Source: Pseudomonadales bacterium (GTDB lineage Bacteria; Pseudomonadota; Gammaproteobacteria; Pseudomonadales; UBA7239). From it: a stretch of DNA of 64,000 nt. Made by a program: the position numbers and the translations under genes. Where the stretch lies: positions 106,227-170,226 of the forward strand of contig JAWLAB010000004.1 in the NCBI GenBank assembly GCA_041395665.1, given 5' to 3'. Positions 61,185 through 64,000 of this stretch are shown here, piece after piece. The stretch's first letter is position 1. Each line of letters starts with the position of its first letter. The notes beneath the pieces were generated by a model. It saw only the letters and a program-made list of their open reading frames with translations, had not been told where the DNA came from and made no database searches.

Positions 61185-62600
61185 ATGGCGCTTCTCCTTC
61201 CCGTCATCATGGCTGGTGGCTCAGGCACTCGCCTGTGGCCGCTGTCACGCGAGTTGTATCCCAAGCAATTTCTCGCACTGGATGGTGATGCCGCCATGCT
61301 GCAAGCAACTATCCAACGGCTTGCTGGTATCAATAGCACAACGCCGTTGGTGATTTGCAATGAAGCGCATCGTTTTCTTGTAGCGGAGCAGTTGCGGCAA
61401 TTGGATAAATTGCAGCGCAATATCTTGCTGGAACCAGTGGGGCGCAACACCGCGCCCGCCATCGCGCTTGCTGCGTTCTATGCGCTGGCACAAGGTGAGG
61501 ATCCGCTGCTGTTGGTGCTGGCGGCTGACCATGTGATCCGTGATGTCGAGGCTTTTCACGCCAGCTTGCGTGCCGCTATCCCTTACGCAGAAGCTGGCGC
61601 GTTGGTCACTTTCGGTATCGTCGCGCGCAGCTCAGAAACGGGTTACGGCTATATTCGTCGTGGTGCGGCGGTGGGCGATGGCGCGTACAGCGTGGCACAG
61701 TTTGTCGAAAAGCCGAATGTCTCCACGGCGGAGCAATATGTCGCTTCTGGTGAGTATTACTGGAACAGCGGATTATTTCTGTTTCGCGCCAGTCGTTATT
61801 TACAAGAACTCCAACAGCATCGCCCCGATATTTTGCAAGCGTGTGAAGCGGCAATGGCGGGAGCAAAAGCGGATATGAATTTTATTCGCGTCGATGAAGT
61901 TGCGTTTCGTGCTTGCCCTGATGACTCCATTGATTACGCCGTGATGGAAAAAACGGCTGCTGCTGTTGTGGTGCCGCTCGATGCCGGTTGGAGCGATGTC
62001 GGTGCATTTTCTTCGCTGTGGGAAGTGCTGGAAAAAGATGAAAACGGCAATGTTTTACAGGGTGATGTGCTGGCACATGACAGCCGTAACAACTTAGTGA
62101 TGGCAGAAAATATGCTCGTCGCCACGGTAGGTTTAGAGGATGCTGTGGTGGTGCAAACCAAAGACGCGGTGCTCGTTGCAAAACGCGATCGCGTGCAAGA
62201 AGTGAAGCAAATTGTTACGCAGCTCAAACAATCCCATCGCAGCGAACACCAGTTGCATCGCGCCGTTTATCGCCCTTGGGGCATGTACGATTCCATTGAT
62301 AGCGGCAATCGCTATCAAGTCAAACGCATCAGCGTGCAGCCGGGCGCTAAGCTGTCATTGCAGATGCACCACCACCGCGCCGAACACTGGATTGTGGTAT
62401 CCGGCACCGCCAAAGTGACTGTGGGTGACGAAGAAAAATTGGTCGCAGAAAATGAATCGATTTTCATCCCGCTGGGTACCGTACACGCACTAGAAAATCC
62501 GGGAAAAATTCCCTTGGAATTGATTGAGGTGCAGACCGGCGCTTACTTGGGCGAAGACGATATTGTGCGGTTTGAGGATTGGTACGGGCGCGCGCAATAA
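61185..62600 (+). CDS. algA: mannose-1-phosphate guanylyltransferase / mannose-6-phosphate isomerase
   Basis: N-terminal NTP-transferase motif [14 protein letters not shown]. The C-terminal cupin PMI domain has [10 protein letters not shown]. Confidence 0.9.
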   Translation: MALLLPVIMAGGSGTRLWPLSRELYPKQFLALDGDAAMLQATIQRLAGINSTTPLVICNEAHRFLVAEQLRQLDKLQRNILLEPVGRNTAPAIALAAFYALAQGEDPLLLVLAADHVIRDVEAFHASLRAAIPYAEAGALVTFGIVARSSETGYGYIRRGAAVGDGAYSVAQFVEKPNVSTAEQYVASGEYYWNSGLFLFRASRYLQELQQHRPDILQACEAAMAGAKADMNFIRVDEVAFRACPDDSIDYAVMEKTAAAVVVPLDAGWSDVGAFSSLWEVLEKDENGNVLQGDVLAHDSRNNLVMAENMLVATVGLEDAVVVQTKDAVLVAKRDRVQEVKQIVTQLKQSHRSEHQLHRAVYRPWGMYDSIDSGNRYQVKRISVQPGAKLSLQMHHHRAEHWIVVSGTAKVTVGDEEKLVAENESIFIPLGTVHALENPGKIPLELIEVQTGAYLGEDDIVRFEDWYGRAQ

Positions 62601-62626
62601 AAAAGCCCCTAATCAGGGGCTTTTTT
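62601..62626. terminator. bidirectional terminator between algA and tRNA-Leu
   Basis: AAAAGCCCCTaatcAGGGGCTTTTTT. Confidence 0.75.
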
Positions 62627-62653
62627 GTGTCCGTACGGTATAGGACGTGTAGA

Positions 62654-62738
62654 TGGTGCCGGAAGAGAGACTCGAACTCTCACTCCTTTCGGAACACGAG
62701 TTTGAGTCGTGCGCGTCTACCGATTCCGCCATTCCGGC
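62654..62738 (-). tRNA. tRNA-Leu (anticodon CAA)
   Basis: The reverse complement folds as acceptor GCCGGAA/TTCCGGC, anticodon stem CACGA/TCGTG with loop CTCAAAC, a long variable arm, T arm GAGAG-TTCGAGT-CTCTC, and encoded CCA. Confidence 0.92.
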
Positions 62739-62859
62739 TAGGGAGGCGCGCATTCTAGCGGCAGCTGAGCGGTAGGGCAATGCACTTTTTGATGTCGCTG
62801 TGGAATGAATATGGAACAATGCCGCCCCTTGTCGTGTTCGTTATTTGATTCCTCCTGTT

Positions 62860-63924
62860 ATGCAGCGCCAGCAATTTCACTATCACTTGCCGGAATCCCT
62901 CATCGCCTCTGCACCTAGCGCGGAGCGCACGGGTAGTCGCTTGCTGTGTTTGGATGGGGAGACTGGCGCGCTGACGCATCAGCAATTTCCTGCGCTGTTG
63001 GATTGGGTACAAGCGGGCGATTTGATGGTGTTCAACAACACGCGCGTGATTCCTGCGCGGCTACTTGGCCACAAACCGAGCGGCGGTAAAGTCGAAGTGT
63101 TGGTGGAACGCGTATTGAACACGCACGAAGTGTTGGCGCATGTGCGCGCCAGCAAAGCACCGAAAGCGGGCGAATTGTTGTTGTTTGGTGAAGGTGAAAA
63201 CCTGCTGTGCATCACGATGTTGGCGCGCGACGGCGGCAATTTATTTCGTTTGCAGTTTGATGCGGCACGCACTGTGCACGAATGGTTGGCTTTGTTGGGA
63301 CATATGCCGCTGCCGCCGTATATTCAACGCGCCGATACCGAAGTGGATCGTGAGCGTTATCAAACGGTTTATGCAGAAAAACTGGGTGCTGTTGCTGCAC
63401 CGACAGCCGGTTTGCATTTTGATGATGCGTTGATGACTGCATTGCGCGAAAAAGGCGTCGACATGGCGTTTGTGACGCTGCATGTCGGTGCGGGTACTTT
63501 TCAACCGGTGCGCAGCGAGGATATTCGCGATCATCACATGCACAGTGAATCTATCGAAGTGTCATCAGAGGTTTGTGACGCAGTGAATGCTGCAAAACAA
63601 CGCGGCGGTCGCGTGATCGCTGTCGGCACAACCAGTGTGCGCTGTTTAGAAAGCGCGGCAAAAGATGGCGCAATCAAATCTTGCGAAAAAGACACTGATA
63701 TTTTTATTTTCCCCGGCTATCAATTTCAGGTAGTGGATGCGCTGGTGACTAACTTTCATTTGCCAGAATCGACTTTGTTAATGTTGGTTTCTGCCTTTGC
63801 CGGTTATCAAAATACTATGCGCGCCTACGCAGAAGCCGTGGCGCAGCAATACCGTTTTTTTAGTTACGGTGACGCCATGTTGGTCACCAAAAATGTAAAT
63901 GCTTGTGAGGATATTCCAGCATGA
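62860..63924 (+). CDS. queA: S-adenosylmethionine:tRNA ribosyltransferase-isomerase
   Basis: The N-terminus F.Y.LPESLIA..P, plus [12 protein letters not shown] and LPPYI, are typical QueA blocks. Confidence 0.92.
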   Translation: MQRQQFHYHLPESLIASAPSAERTGSRLLCLDGETGALTHQQFPALLDWVQAGDLMVFNNTRVIPARLLGHKPSGGKVEVLVERVLNTHEVLAHVRASKAPKAGELLLFGEGENLLCITMLARDGGNLFRLQFDAARTVHEWLALLGHMPLPPYIQRADTEVDRERYQTVYAEKLGAVAAPTAGLHFDDALMTALREKGVDMAFVTLHVGAGTFQPVRSEDIRDHHMHSESIEVSSEVCDAVNAAKQRGGRVIAVGTTSVRCLESAAKDGAIKSCEKDTDIFIFPGYQFQVVDALVTNFHLPESTLLMLVSAFAGYQNTMRAYAEAVAQQYRFFSYGDAMLVTKNVNACEDIPA

Positions 63925-64000
63925 CGCGCGAATGCCGTATGCAATTTGACTTGTTGGCGACCGATGGCGCAGCGCGTCGCGGCGTGTTGCGCTTTCCACG
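63921..64000 (+). CDS. tgt: queuine tRNA-ribosyltransferase, 3'-truncated by window edge
   Basis: [19 protein letters not shown] matches the Tgt N-terminus. ATG 63921 overlaps the queA stop (ATGA), but the in-frame ATG at 63939 may be the real start. Confidence 0.7.
   Translation, partial: MTRECRMQFDLLATDGAARRGVLRFP

Overview
This is a chromosomal window from a Gammaproteobacterium. The order assignment (Pseudomonadales or Cellvibrionales-like) is inferred from gene content and synteny only. The window is mostly dense housekeeping genes:
- thiL-pgpA, ssb, tal, ubiG, fabB-fabA
- galU-algC-pgi, ispB
- ruvB-ybgC-tolQRAB-pal-cpoB-queE-queC
- tRNA-Lys, mce-mcm, valS, mnmC, holA-lptE-leuS
- a Fur-boxed imelysin/DUF1111/DUF1513 plus Fe3+ ABC iron locus
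- algA/manC, tRNA-Leu, queA-tgt

Items worth a second look:
1. A low-GC islet lies directly beside tRNA-Lys. It carries two tandem, overlapping cobalamin-binding radical SAM paralogues. Their synonymous divergence suggests both copies are under selection. A 12-bp-periodic G5-tract repeat array abuts them.
2. A vapBC toxin-antitoxin cassette is bracketed by about 21-29 bp imperfect direct repeats and has a palindromic operator candidate.
3. An orphan radical SAM protein with a twitch/SPASM-like Cys motif sits between valS and mnmC.
4. A contiguous block of about 6.8 kb (about 45.4-52.25 kb) has every gene on both strands broken by many frameshifts, including essential leuS, while residue-level conservation stays high. 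Isolated single-base homopolymer frameshifts occur in galU and tolB, and a non-homopolymer one in one radical SAM gene. This pattern most likely reflects consensus indel errors, but it must be checked before any pseudogene is called.

I saw no CRISPR array, rRNA, transposase or integrase. All calls rest on reading the ORF translations and DNA by eye. No database searches were run.
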